DNA of 64,000 nt from an uncultured virus (IMG/VR IMGVR_UViG_3300032050_000078) (IMGVR_UViG_3300032050_000078:1-64000); one strand, 5' to 3'. Positions 1 through 9,103 are shown, counted from the first letter of the stretch. Notes: generated by a model from the letters alone, not told the origin. Translations and numbers: made by a program.

Positions 1-595
1 AATTCCACTGACCAAAAACAAGTTCCATAAACTCCTTCTTATCTTGTTCTTCATATACAACTTTCTTTTTTATGGTTCCATCCTCCTGTTCAATTTCAGT
101 AGGTGTCCCTTTCCACTGAGGTTCTCCCTTAACCTTTTTAATGTGGTGTTTTTTGTATGCAAGTATTACACACTCCTTTGGATTATAAATATACGGACTT
201 GACGGACTCATCCAAGATCCCCAAGCAGTTGTTTTACTACGATGAGGTGAATCTTCTTCTAAATCCACGATACCGAAGAAACCAAACCCAATTTGTTTCA
301 TTAATTGATACATTTCAGAAACAAAGAAAATTCTTCCCCCTTTCTTTTGTCTATTGATTTCATATGGAATATTCAACGCGATTCGTCCATCATCTTTCAA
401 AACATTATATGCTTCAGTTAACCAATTTTTGGCAAATACCAAATACTCCTCAAACTCCACATCATCATCGTGGGTATCATACGCAATCCCGACTCCGTAG
501 GGTGGTGATGTGACGATTAAATCCACAGACCCTTCAGGTAATGTTTTCATCACCTCAATACAATCTCCTGTTATTATTTTTCCTGTTTCTATCAT
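1..595 (-). CDS. DNA methyltransferase, beta class (N4-C/N6-A), N-terminal part; runs off the left edge
   Basis: Not in the ORF track. Manual translation from ATG 595: MIETGKIITGDCIEVMKTLPEGSVDLIVTSPPYGVG...TAWGSWMSPSSPYIYNPKE, with the catalytic SPPY motif near the N-terminus. ATGA overlap with the upstream stop. Confidence 0.9.
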   Translation of the reverse strand, partial: MIETGKIITGDCIEVMKTLPEGSVDLIVTSPPYGVGIAYDTHDDDVEFEEYLVFAKNWLTEAYNVLKDDGRIALNIPYEINRQKKGGRIFFVSEMYQLMKQIGFGFFGIVDLEEDSPHRSKTTAWGSWMSPSSPYIYNPKECVILAYKKHHIKKVKGEPQWKGTPTEIEQEDGTIKKKVVYEEQDKKEFMELVFGQWN

Positions 596-1431
596 TTTTT
601 CTCCAATGTTTCAATGTGGTGTTGCAAATACCACAATGCTTTTTTAAGATCCTGTAATTCTTTATCTAACTCTTTCTTACCCGCTCTTGAGATATACTTC
701 ACAGTATTACCAAGGGAGAATCCTAAGTCCCAAGCATCAATCACCTTGATTGCTTCATATGGGTTTGACTCTCCCCCATAGTGGTTAGGGTGATTTACTT
801 GTTCCTTTTTTTCTTCCATTTCTTTTTTCTTTTTGTGAGCCCAAAATACTCCATCAATATGATAGGTATTAAATCCTTGCCAGTCAAATGATTCAATTAC
901 ATTATTAACACCTTCAGTAGGATCTTTTGAGGACTTATAATCATCCAAATATACAATACCATCATCATTAATAAAATTAATCACATTATTAATATCACCT
1001 CTAACGCATTCCTCAAAGTGGCACCCATCAATCTCAATAAAATCAAATTTTGTTTTTGATGTGTCTAAAACTCTTGGAACAACCTCAAGGGAGTTACCAG
1101 GAAATAAACTCAAATGTATGTTCCACTTCCTGTAATGCTTGGCAAGTATTGAGTGATTGTTAACAGTACTCTCATATTTACAGTCATCAAATACAAAAAC
1201 AATTATTGGTTTCCTATTAAAATCAGGATCTTCATTAATTATTTTCAATAATGTCTCACATATTAAAACCATTGAATGTCCTTCATTGAATCCTATTTCA
1301 ATAATATTTCTTGGTTTAATTTGGTATACCAAATCTTGTAGGGTATGAATCCTTTCTGGGTACCAACTAATGTTACCCTCACCCTTACCAAACATCATTC
1401 CGGGTAATTTGTTAAATATATTATTTTCCAT
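592..1431 (-). CDS. Class I SAM-dependent methyltransferase (Methyltransf_24-like) fused to a C-terminal DUF3310 domain
   Basis: IIEIGFNEGHS, GNS, FDFIEIDGCH and YLDDY motifs. C-terminal VNHPNHY...FSLGNTVKYISRAGKK...DLKKALWYL is the DUF3310 signature. Confidence 0.8.
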   Translation of the reverse strand: MENNIFNKLPGMMFGKGEGNISWYPERIHTLQDLVYQIKPRNIIEIGFNEGHSMVLICETLLKIINEDPDFNRKPIIVFVFDDCKYESTVNNHSILAKHYRKWNIHLSLFPGNSLEVVPRVLDTSKTKFDFIEIDGCHFEECVRGDINNVINFINDDGIVYLDDYKSSKDPTEGVNNVIESFDWQGFNTYHIDGVFWAHKKKKEMEEKKEQVNHPNHYGGESNPYEAIKVIDAWDLGFSLGNTVKYISRAGKKELDKELQDLKKALWYLQHHIETLEKK

Positions 1432-2620
1432 TTAAATCAAATTTAATTTCTTTTGTAGGGATATTACTTCCATCCATTGTTTTACCATCCAATTCAAATT
1501 CTTCATCATTGAAGTATTCTTTTAATAGTTCATCGGTTGGGATTGTTTTATAATCCATCTTAAGGTTGTCCATATCAAGTTTATAATTCATTTTATGTTT
1601 GATGTCGTCAATCTCTTCAGCGTTTCTTAATGATTCACATATTTGATAAATGATTTTATATGGATCAGCATTAGATGATGGTCGTCTATCTTCAACATAT
1701 CCCTTCCATTCTTTTGCGGTTGATTGTGGAACTCTAATTGATGCACCTCTATCTGAAATACCCCAACTAAACTTATTAATTGATTGGGTTTCAAATTTAC
1801 CCGTCAATCTTAATTCATTTGATGAACCATAATTTTCAATATGTTCTTGGTGTCTTGTGGCAAAACTTGAGAAAATTGATTTAAAATGATTTTCACCACC
1901 TTCTTCCCTCATTTTATAATTTGAGAAGTTTGTGTGAAGTCCAGATCCATTCCATTCACCTTTTTGGATTGGTTTTGGGTGTAGTTCAATCCCATAATTA
2001 TATTTTTCGGACAACTTATGTAATAGGTATCTAGACATCCATAAATCATCTCCTGATTTCAATTTACCTTGAGAGAATACTTGATACTCCCATTGTCCAA
2101 GTGCAACCTCGGCATTTATTCCTGTTATGTTAATCCCATACCTTAAACATAAATTCATATGTTCTTCAACAAATTCTCTACCCGCAACATATTCTCCAAC
2201 ACCACAATAATATTTACCTTGTGGTTCCAAGTTGTTTTCATCGTGGCCTAAAATACATTTATTTTTTCTATCATAGATAAAGTATTCTTGTTCAAAACCA
2301 AACCACAAATCCTCTTGTTCATTACCAAGTAATGATCTGGTATTTGATTGATGTGGTGTTCCGTCTGAATTCATAACCTCACAAAGAACATACACACTAC
2401 CAAATTTATCATCCAAATAATGTCTTACAGGTTTTAAAATACAGTCTGAAGTCCCAGTTTCTGCTTGGTTTGTTGATGATCCGTCAAAGTTCCATTCAGG
2501 AAATCTACCCGTTATAAATGAATTTTTTATGTCATCGTAATTAACAATTTTTACCTTACTTCTTAAATTTGGTTCCGGCATATATCCGTCTAACCACAGA
2601 TATTCAAGTTTAATCTTCAT
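1421..2620 (-). CDS. glnA: Glutamine synthetase type II (beta-grasp plus catalytic domain) with a ~60 aa C-terminal extension
   Basis: KLEYLWLDG, WNFDGSST, GFEQEY, NAEVALGQWEYQ, HPKP..GEWNGSGLHTNFS, RLTGKFET, RGASIR and GYVEDRRPSSNADPY motifs. Confidence 0.95.
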   Translation of the reverse strand: MKIKLEYLWLDGYMPEPNLRSKVKIVNYDDIKNSFITGRFPEWNFDGSSTNQAETGTSDCILKPVRHYLDDKFGSVYVLCEVMNSDGTPHQSNTRSLLGNEQEDLWFGFEQEYFIYDRKNKCILGHDENNLEPQGKYYCGVGEYVAGREFVEEHMNLCLRYGINITGINAEVALGQWEYQVFSQGKLKSGDDLWMSRYLLHKLSEKYNYGIELHPKPIQKGEWNGSGLHTNFSNYKMREEGGENHFKSIFSSFATRHQEHIENYGSSNELRLTGKFETQSINKFSWGISDRGASIRVPQSTAKEWKGYVEDRRPSSNADPYKIIYQICESLRNAEEIDDIKHKMNYKLDMDNLKMDYKTIPTDELLKEYFNDEEFELDGKTMDGSNIPTKEIKFDLNGK

Positions 2621-2799
2621 TTGTTTTTATTTATATATTTTATGATTTCATCCTCAGTTTTTCCTTCGCAGAACATTTTGAACACTTCATTTGAAAAGTC
2701 GTCACTAATAATAATTGCATCGGCTGATAGATATCTTGATAGGTTATCAAGATTATTAATAATATTATCTTTTCTGAGTATCCTCTTGTTGAATCCCAT
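2617..2799 (-). CDS. Small hypothetical protein (MGFNKR...)
   Basis: ORF track 2617..2808; ATG 2799 preferred. Stop overlaps the glnA start (ATGA). Confidence 0.65.
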   Translation of the reverse strand: MGFNKRILRKDNIINNLDNLSRYLSADAIIISDDFSNEVFKMFCEGKTEDEIIKYINKNK

Positions 2800-2905
2800 T
2801 ATTTTCACTCTTTAATTTGTGATACATTTCTCTAACTTTTTTACCCAAATCACTATCGTTTGGATTTTCCTTAACCAACTTTTCAAAAATTTCTATTATA
2901 TCCAT
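2765..2905 (-). CDS. Small hypothetical protein, 46 aa (MDIIEIFEKLVKENPNDSDLGKKVREMY...)
   Basis: Manual translation. Fills the gap between flanking minus-strand genes; ATG lies 1 nt after the upstream stop. Confidence 0.6.
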   Translation of the reverse strand: MDIIEIFEKLVKENPNDSDLGKKVREMYHKLKSENNGIQQEDTQKR

Positions 2906-2906
2906 A

Positions 2907-3698
2907 TTACTTAACTTTAATTTGTATCACTTTTTTTTCTTTCCCATACATTTCTTGATTAATATATGAAATCAGTTTTCTTTTGAATAATGGTAGTAAT
3001 GTTTCATTGATTGGGAATATATCACTACATTTCATTTCAAACACAGGTAATGATGGTTTTTCTTCATCAGAACTCCATTGAGAAAATGTATTAATTATTT
3101 TTGGTATAGTCAACTTATCTTTTGGTTCGGAATGAATTAAATTTACAAGTGTTTTTTTCTCAATGGAACCTCTTGATGCTGGTGTTATGTTGTACTCCCA
3201 AACATATAAACTATTTGTTTTATTCTCATTGTAGTAAAAGTATCCTTTGTTTAACGATAGATTTTTTTTGTTCTTTTTAATTTTAACTTCAATTGTTTCA
3301 AACACGACTGACCACACGGACTTTGCAACATTGAAGTACTCCATTAGTCTTGGTGCGGAAAATTTTAATATACTAATAAACTCTTGAGTTTCTTCCTGTG
3401 TCATGTCAGGAATTTGTTTGATTTTCAAATCCTTAACAAGGAGTTCATCATCAATCGTATCAAACTTCTTATCAGTATAAATTAATTTTTTATCTTTAAT
3501 TAGGGTTTGAATACTTGCCAAATGCAATGACAACTCTATGAAACCAGGATATAGTTCCATATTATCAAGTTTCTCTCCCATTTTTTGGAAGTAACTTAAT
3601 AATTTATATTCTTTGTGTTCTTGATCAATTGGTTTTTCAAATAACCAATCTGTTTCCATTATAAATTCAATTCCTTTATTTTTCTTTTTTCTTGCCAT
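2907..3698 (-). CDS. Hypothetical protein, 263 aa
   Basis: Long ORF in operon orientation, preceded by a promoter-like site. Confidence 0.75.
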   Translation of the reverse strand: MARKKKNKGIEFIMETDWLFEKPIDQEHKEYKLLSYFQKMGEKLDNMELYPGFIELSLHLASIQTLIKDKKLIYTDKKFDTIDDELLVKDLKIKQIPDMTQEETQEFISILKFSAPRLMEYFNVAKSVWSVVFETIEVKIKKNKKNLSLNKGYFYYNENKTNSLYVWEYNITPASRGSIEKKTLVNLIHSEPKDKLTIPKIINTFSQWSSDEEKPSLPVFEMKCSDIFPINETLLPLFKRKLISYINQEMYGKEKKVIQIKVK

Positions 3699-3705
3699 TT
3701 ATTCA

Positions 3706-3734
3706 AGTATAATAAAGGTTTTGTCATCTGTAAA
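3706..3734 (-). promoter_or_regulatory. Sigma70-like promoter TTTACA-N17-TATACT, 7 nt upstream of the ATG
   Basis: Read directly on the minus strand. Confidence 0.5.
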
Positions 3735-5243
3735 TTATTTATCGGTTATCATTACAACATAACTTTGGTTACCCAAATTAATAATATCATATGTTGAGTC
3801 GTAACCATTCAAAATACCATAATCCTCATCACCAGCAACATCTTCAATAAATGCCTTTTCATCAATAAAATTATCAACATCCATGTCGTAATTTCTCAAC
3901 CAACTTATAGGGTCATTAGAAATTTCGTATTTTTTATCTTCAACCCTTTCTTCAACCGAATCTTCATCCAAATCACCATCAGGATTTTCTTCAATTTCTT
4001 GTATTTCATATTCAATATCAGAAATTCTACTTTCACGATCATCTTGGTGATCGTCAGTGTCTTCATCATCATATAGTTGACCTGGTTGAACTATCGATCC
4101 GTCTTTATATAATACCCACTTATTTCCTTCATATTTTAATTGAAATTCGTGTTCTTCATCTTCATCCCAAAAATCAAATACAGTTCCATTTTCTTCTTTT
4201 GTTGGGTACTTTATTGGAAACCTGACTCCTTCATTTTCATAAACCCATTTCTCCATTTTAAGAACCCAAAGTTCATCTTTTTGACTTCTACTTAAATCTT
4301 TTACAACGTCATAATTATCAGGATCATCATATATCCATTCTCTAATAACATCTTCAAAATAGTCGGCAACCTCATCACCATCAATATGTCTTTCAACCGT
4401 ATATTGATTAAAGTGTCTATATCCTCCATCATCCAATAATTGTTCAACCCATTCTTTTTTTGATTCATCCGCTTCATATTCGGTTCCAACGGCAATTGTC
4501 ACATCATTAAAATCATCATATGTTGTCATAAAAGATAACATATTATAATGTCCAAAACTTTTGGGTATCAATCCATAAACATCATTATTTTCCTTTCTTA
4601 ATAAATCATCAATGTCTTCTTGTAATTCATCGTATTCACTTTGCAATTCAGATAAAAGTTCCTCATCATTTTCCGCTTCCATTCTATCAGAAATATTAAG
4701 TTGTCTTTGTTCTAAATTTTTTAATTCTCTTTTTTCTTCTGATGTTATTTCTTCTATCTCACCATTTTCAACAAGGTACTGAAACGCAGCATTTGCTTTT
4801 AATCCCTCATCATCAATGTTCGGATAATCTAAGTCCCACACACCATTTTCTCTTCTTTCTTGGGCATCATCCAATTCTTTTCTTCGTTTCCTTATCTTTT
4901 CTTTAGACTCCAATGGTGTATTATAGTACCATTTAGACCCCGTAATTGTCACACCATTTAAAGTTTCTAACTTTGATCTAGTTGCCTCTAATGATCCTTG
5001 TAGATATATTGTTCCAAGATTTGTAACTGGTTTACCTGATATATCTAACCTACCGTTTACTTTTATTTTCTTACCTCTAAACCTTCTTGTCTTTTCAAGA
5101 GCCGCACCATTATATCCAGTTACAGATAATAACTGTTCATATTCATTTGCGGGAATTTCAATAAATTCAGATTCTTCTTCGTTGAGTTTAGTTTTAATTA
5201 TTTTAATTAAATCTGATTCGGTAAGTCTAATTACTTTTTTCAT
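3735..5243 (-). CDS. Very acidic hypothetical protein with N-terminal MKKVIRLTESDL leader; candidate head-internal or injected protein
   Basis: 502 aa ORF, strongly D/E-rich, with a coiled-coil segment. TATTTAT motif at 5249-5255. Confidence 0.75.
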   Translation of the reverse strand: MKKVIRLTESDLIKIIKTKLNEEESEFIEIPANEYEQLLSVTGYNGAALEKTRRFRGKKIKVNGRLDISGKPVTNLGTIYLQGSLEATRSKLETLNGVTITGSKWYYNTPLESKEKIRKRRKELDDAQERRENGVWDLDYPNIDDEGLKANAAFQYLVENGEIEEITSEEKRELKNLEQRQLNISDRMEAENDEELLSELQSEYDELQEDIDDLLRKENNDVYGLIPKSFGHYNMLSFMTTYDDFNDVTIAVGTEYEADESKKEWVEQLLDDGGYRHFNQYTVERHIDGDEVADYFEDVIREWIYDDPDNYDVVKDLSRSQKDELWVLKMEKWVYENEGVRFPIKYPTKEENGTVFDFWDEDEEHEFQLKYEGNKWVLYKDGSIVQPGQLYDDEDTDDHQDDRESRISDIEYEIQEIEENPDGDLDEDSVEERVEDKKYEISNDPISWLRNYDMDVDNFIDEKAFIEDVAGDEDYGILNGYDSTYDIINLGNQSYVVMITDK

Positions 5244-5337
5244 ATTTTATAAATATTATTGATATACCAAAATTATTTACAAAATACATTCTATTAAGAT
5301 ATTTATAAGAAAATAAACCTAATAAAAACAATCAGCT

Positions 5338-5484
5338 ATGGGGTGTGGATGCAAAAATAAGAACAATGGTGGAACTCCCGCTACTCAACAAGCACCGGCT
5401 CAAGGACAGCCACAGCAAGTAAAAAATGCCACTGTTCAAGAGTCAGTTAAAAAAATCGTTGAGAAGTATTATAACAAGAGGTAA
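5338..5484 (+). CDS. Small protein, 48 aa, MGCGCKNK...QESVKKIVEKYYNKR
   Basis: Manual translation. Upstream TATTTAT (5300-5306), A-rich leader and a downstream terminator. Confidence 0.7.
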   Translation: MGCGCKNKNNGGTPATQQAPAQGQPQQVKNATVQESVKKIVEKYYNKR

Positions 5485-5509
5485 TTTATTTCTACCAAAG
5501 AAATTAATG

Positions 5510-5538
5510 GGTGGTTACGGAAGTTTCCACCTTTTTTT
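5510..5538 (+). terminator. Intrinsic terminator GGTGG...CCACC-T7
   Basis: 5-bp GC-rich stem followed by a T run, downstream of the MGCGC ORF. Confidence 0.5.
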
Positions 5539-5550
5539 ATATTTATAGGT

Positions 5551-6567
5551 ATGTCAAAAGTTTTAGATTTAGTAAATAAATTCAATAATGGTGAATGGGA
5601 TGATATCTCTGATGTATTCGGAGGTGATGTAAAAAGATTTTATTCCTATGTAAAACGCGCAGGATTTTTAAATTATTTTGATTTAGATAGTATACACTAC
5701 GAAGATGAACGGTTTGTAAATGAGTTGATGTTATATCGCCTACAAAACGATCCTTCATATCTAAACGAGATTGTTCAGGGTTTTTTAAGTGATGTTGAAA
5801 TTCGTGGTGATGGTTATTATTTAATGTTGAGTGACTTATCTGAGTTATCCGATTTTTTTAAGGACAACCAGTATTCAAGAGAATATAACGATAGAGATAT
5901 TGTAAAAAATGTTTTAGATGAGGATTGGTGGGAACCTTATAGTGATACCGTTTACGATGTTTATAAAGATATTGTTGAAGAACTTAACGAAAAGAATATG
6001 AAATTATTAGCCGAGAGAGTTTTAGAATTGGTTGGTAATCAAGAATTATCTTTAGATGATTATAAAAGTGAATTGTTTAGAGATATGTCGGATGACGATG
6101 GTAGATTTATCATTACTGAATCAAATGTGATGTCTGTTGTTGAGGATGAGGACTCTATGAATTCATTATTTAAAGGTGATTTAAATGATTTGATGAATAG
6201 TTTTCGTTGGTTGGGTGATGAGGCTTACAATCAGGCATATAATGATGAAGTGTACTCGGAGGTATTTGATGAGTTATCAACTTACTTTGAGGGTAAGCAC
6301 AGTTGGGTTGAAAACAAAAACGGTTTAAAAACCGTATATATACCTTATATTAAAATTAAAAACATTAAAAGTGATATTGAGAATTTTTTAAATTCATTTG
6401 CTGGATATGAGGATACTTTATTTGAATATGGTGATTACTCATCAATGTTACGCCATTACATGGGCGATAGTGATGATTTTTTAAGAATCAGGGTTCCTGA
6501 CTATCCAGATAATAGAAAAGTTGTTGAGAATATCAATGACGGGTTACCTGATCGTCTTTATTACTAA
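5551..6567 (+). CDS. Acidic hypothetical protein, 338 aa
   Basis: Long D/E-rich ORF. TATTTAT at 5540-5546. Confidence 0.75.
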   Translation: MSKVLDLVNKFNNGEWDDISDVFGGDVKRFYSYVKRAGFLNYFDLDSIHYEDERFVNELMLYRLQNDPSYLNEIVQGFLSDVEIRGDGYYLMLSDLSELSDFFKDNQYSREYNDRDIVKNVLDEDWWEPYSDTVYDVYKDIVEELNEKNMKLLAERVLELVGNQELSLDDYKSELFRDMSDDDGRFIITESNVMSVVEDEDSMNSLFKGDLNDLMNSFRWLGDEAYNQAYNDEVYSEVFDELSTYFEGKHSWVENKNGLKTVYIPYIKIKNIKSDIENFLNSFAGYEDTLFEYGDYSSMLRHYMGDSDDFLRIRVPDYPDNRKVVENINDGLPDRLYY

Positions 6568-6619
6568 ACTATTTATAATGTTGTTTTAATTTCATACACA
6601 TTATAAAAATTTAATAGTT

Positions 6620-7318
6620 ATGAGATTAATTAACAAAAATTCAAAAAGAGGAATCGTAAATTTATTTGCCGACTTTATTCTCTCAAAAATCAACAAAACA
6701 GAAAAATCAATTATCCAAGTCACAGATTGTGGTGCATTTATGGTTGTTAATGGTTTAACAACATCAAATGAGTATTTAGACATAAACGAAATTAAAAATG
6801 AGTTCAAGGAATCTTTTGGTGATACCCTGAAGGAGCTGGAAATGTCAGATATTAATACCATTGATGTTGTTAGATATAATCAGGATATAAACACAATTCA
6901 TAAGGGTTGGGTTATGGTAAAGAAAGATATTTTTGTTGAGGAACCTGAACCTGATATTTCAGAAATATCAATTTCATCAGAATTCCCATATGGTTATAGT
7001 TTAGATTGTGGAAGGTTAAACACATATTACTCACATTACATAATGAACCATATGTTTAATTTATTAGGTGTCAATGAAGTATCATTTTATTTCACCACTG
7101 AGGAAGATAATAATGAAGATTTAAAAATTAAAATTATATCCGACTCAAAAATTGACAAGAAATCAATTAAGTCACTTATTCTTGATGTATTTGATTTTAA
7201 TATGGACTCATTTAGAGAGCGTTTGTCGGATTATAATTTAATTGATGATGTCCTGAATCCTGATGGTGAAAAACCGTACCTTAAACAAGATTTATTAGAA
7301 CATATAATTCTATTCTAA
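6620..7318 (+). CDS. Degenerate S-adenosylmethionine synthetase (MetK)-like protein: N- and C-domains only, catalytic motifs absent
   Basis: FADFIL...MVVNGLTTSNEYLDINEI resembles MetK ISDAVLD...MVLVGGEITTSAWVDIEEI. LILDVFDF...KPYLKQDLL resembles LVREFFDL...FPWEKTDKA. The ORF is certain; the fold call is by eye. Confidence 0.5.
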   Translation: MRLINKNSKRGIVNLFADFILSKINKTEKSIIQVTDCGAFMVVNGLTTSNEYLDINEIKNEFKESFGDTLKELEMSDINTIDVVRYNQDINTIHKGWVMVKKDIFVEEPEPDISEISISSEFPYGYSLDCGRLNTYYSHYIMNHMFNLLGVNEVSFYFTTEEDNNEDLKIKIISDSKIDKKSIKSLILDVFDFNMDSFRERLSDYNLIDDVLNPDGEKPYLKQDLLEHIILF

Positions 7319-7320
7319 CA

Positions 7321-7354
7321 AAAAACCCCATCCTAAAAGGTGGGGTTTATTTTT
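7321..7354. terminator. Bidirectional intrinsic terminator between convergent genes
   Basis: AAACCCCATCCT-AAA-AGGTGGGGTTT hairpin with an A run on the left and a T run on the right. Confidence 0.8.
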
Positions 7355-7638
7355 TATTTCTCAATCCATTCTCTAATTATCTTGACACCGTCTTCTAAAT
7401 CTTGATAATCTCTATCAGGTGCAAATAATTGACTAATCGGTTCTGTCTCAGGATTTTCAATTAACATAAATGCCGGAACAAATTCATTCTCTGTTATCTC
7501 AACAAACATATTATATTCCTCTTCATATTCGTCAATGTCGCGATCAACAAAATCAATCCCTTCTTTAACTAACATATCTTTCATCTCAACACAAAAAGGA
7601 CATCCTTCCATTGTGAATAATACTACTACCTTATCCAT
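7354..7638 (-). CDS. Glutaredoxin-like protein
   Basis: VVLFTMEGCPFC (CxxC) and the cis-Pro VPAF motif. Confidence 0.85.
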   Translation of the reverse strand: MDKVVVLFTMEGCPFCVEMKDMLVKEGIDFVDRDIDEYEEEYNMFVEITENEFVPAFMLIENPETEPISQLFAPDRDYQDLEDGVKIIREWIEK

Positions 7639-7945
7639 TGATTAATTCTTGAACTAAACCTTTTATTTCATTTTCTTGGAGAACCCCAACTCTTGTGTTA
7701 GTTACATTCCCACCATTAAATACTTTAATTGTCGGTACGCTCCTAACCCCTAATGCCATTGCAACTTCTCTGTTTTGATCAACATCCATCGTATACATCT
7801 GTACATTAGTAGTATTTTCAGTTGCAACTCTTTCAAAAATTGGTTTCATCATTTTGCAGGGTCCACACCAAGTTGCCCATAATTCAACGATTACTTTCTC
7901 ACCATTATTTATTTTTTCTTGTAATTGATTTCCTGTAATTTCCAT
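7631..7945 (-). CDS. trxA: Thioredoxin
   Basis: WATWCGPCK, DVD and GVRSVPT motifs. Confidence 0.95.
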   Translation of the reverse strand: MEITGNQLQEKINNGEKVIVELWATWCGPCKMMKPIFERVATENTTNVQMYTMDVDQNREVAMALGVRSVPTIKVFNGGNVTNTRVGVLQENEIKGLVQELING

Positions 7946-7946
7946 T

Positions 7947-8288
7947 TTATTTTAATCTTGTTAAATTTTTTATGAATAACACAACTTCATCAAGTTGTGA
8001 TATGTCGTATATTACTTTTATTTTATAAGTAGTCTCAACCTCCATTTTAGATAAATACAAATAGATACCAGCATTATTTCTAAAAATACCTTCAGTATGG
8101 ATTAAAGAACCTCCATAAGATTTACTATCAAGATACTCAATTGTAAATCGTTTAGTTAATAAAAGTTCAGGTGTAATCGGAATATAATCCATACACTCAA
8201 TAACACTGTACACTTTATTCGTTTTCTCCAATAAAGAAGTAATAAAGTCATCAATCTTTTTAAAATATTTTATTTCACTATTCTCCAT
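7947..8288 (-). CDS. Hypothetical protein, 113 aa
   Basis: ORF abutting trxA. Confidence 0.7.
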   Translation of the reverse strand: MENSEIKYFKKIDDFITSLLEKTNKVYSVIECMDYIPITPELLLTKRFTIEYLDSKSYGGSLIHTEGIFRNNAGIYLYLSKMEVETTYKIKVIYDISQLDEVVLFIKNLTRLK

Positions 8289-8293
8289 AATAG

Positions 8294-8316
8294 AAAAGGA
8301 GGGTGATTAACCCTCC
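8294..8316 (-). terminator. Intrinsic terminator of the DUF932 gene
   Basis: Minus strand GGAGGGT-TAATC-ACCCTCC followed by TTTT. Confidence 0.75.
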
Positions 8317-8323
8317 GTTGTTT

Positions 8324-9079
8324 TTAAATCATTTCTTCGGCAAGTTCCCAAAGTTTTGTGTTGATGTTGTTTACCGCCAAGATACTTTTAAGATCTCGTA
8401 GTTTTGACTTTCGTCCTGTTTTAGTTCGGTAGTCAAACCCTCCTCGTACAAACTTCTCTTGTACTACATTGAAGGTTGTCCACAAGTCGTTATTACTATC
8501 TTCCACACGATTTGGTGTAAGGATGTCAACAAGTTGGTTGTCAGTTGGGATTGATCCTTCAGCCCATCGGATTTTTGACGCTTTCTGAACATATTGAATT
8601 TGTTCGTCAATGGTAAGTTCTCGTTCCATCATTCGTCCAACAGATCCTTGGATTGTTGGTAGTTTCTTTGCAAAACCGTCCATCAATCGTTTCACATCGT
8701 CAAGTTCAAACCCACTGTGTCTAACATTAAATTTGTCGGCAACTGATGTAGGTACTGTAAGTCCGTTAGAACATACCAATCGGTGAAGTCCAGCACTGAC
8801 TGAGAATGTTGACATACCATTGTGTGAGTTACGAACAATTGCTTCAACCAATGTGTCTCCAACTGAAGGAAGTTCTCCATTACGGAATCTAATTTGATGG
8901 GTTGCGTGAATTCCTTTACCTGTTTGTTTAACATCTGAAATTTCCCAACCTTCACGATCGAAAAATTCAATGACTTGATCGGTTGGTACAAAGACATACT
9001 TGTCAGACAACTTGCTTGATGCTGATGTTGCGAATACTGAAGGGGCTACGGATTTGATAAGTTCTGGTGTATAAATCAT
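8324..9079 (-). CDS. DUF932/DUF945-family protein
   Basis: SDKYVFVPT..V, NSHNG..F..AGLHRLVCSNGL, VRH and DLWTTFNVVQE motifs. Confidence 0.85.
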   Translation of the reverse strand: MIYTPELIKSVAPSVFATSASSKLSDKYVFVPTDQVIEFFDREGWEISDVKQTGKGIHATHQIRFRNGELPSVGDTLVEAIVRNSHNGMSTFSVSAGLHRLVCSNGLTVPTSVADKFNVRHSGFELDDVKRLMDGFAKKLPTIQGSVGRMMERELTIDEQIQYVQKASKIRWAEGSIPTDNQLVDILTPNRVEDSNNDLWTTFNVVQEKFVRGGFDYRTKTGRKSKLRDLKSILAVNNINTKLWELAEEMI

Positions 9080-9103
9080 AATGTTTTGGTTTTAATTACA
9101 TCA

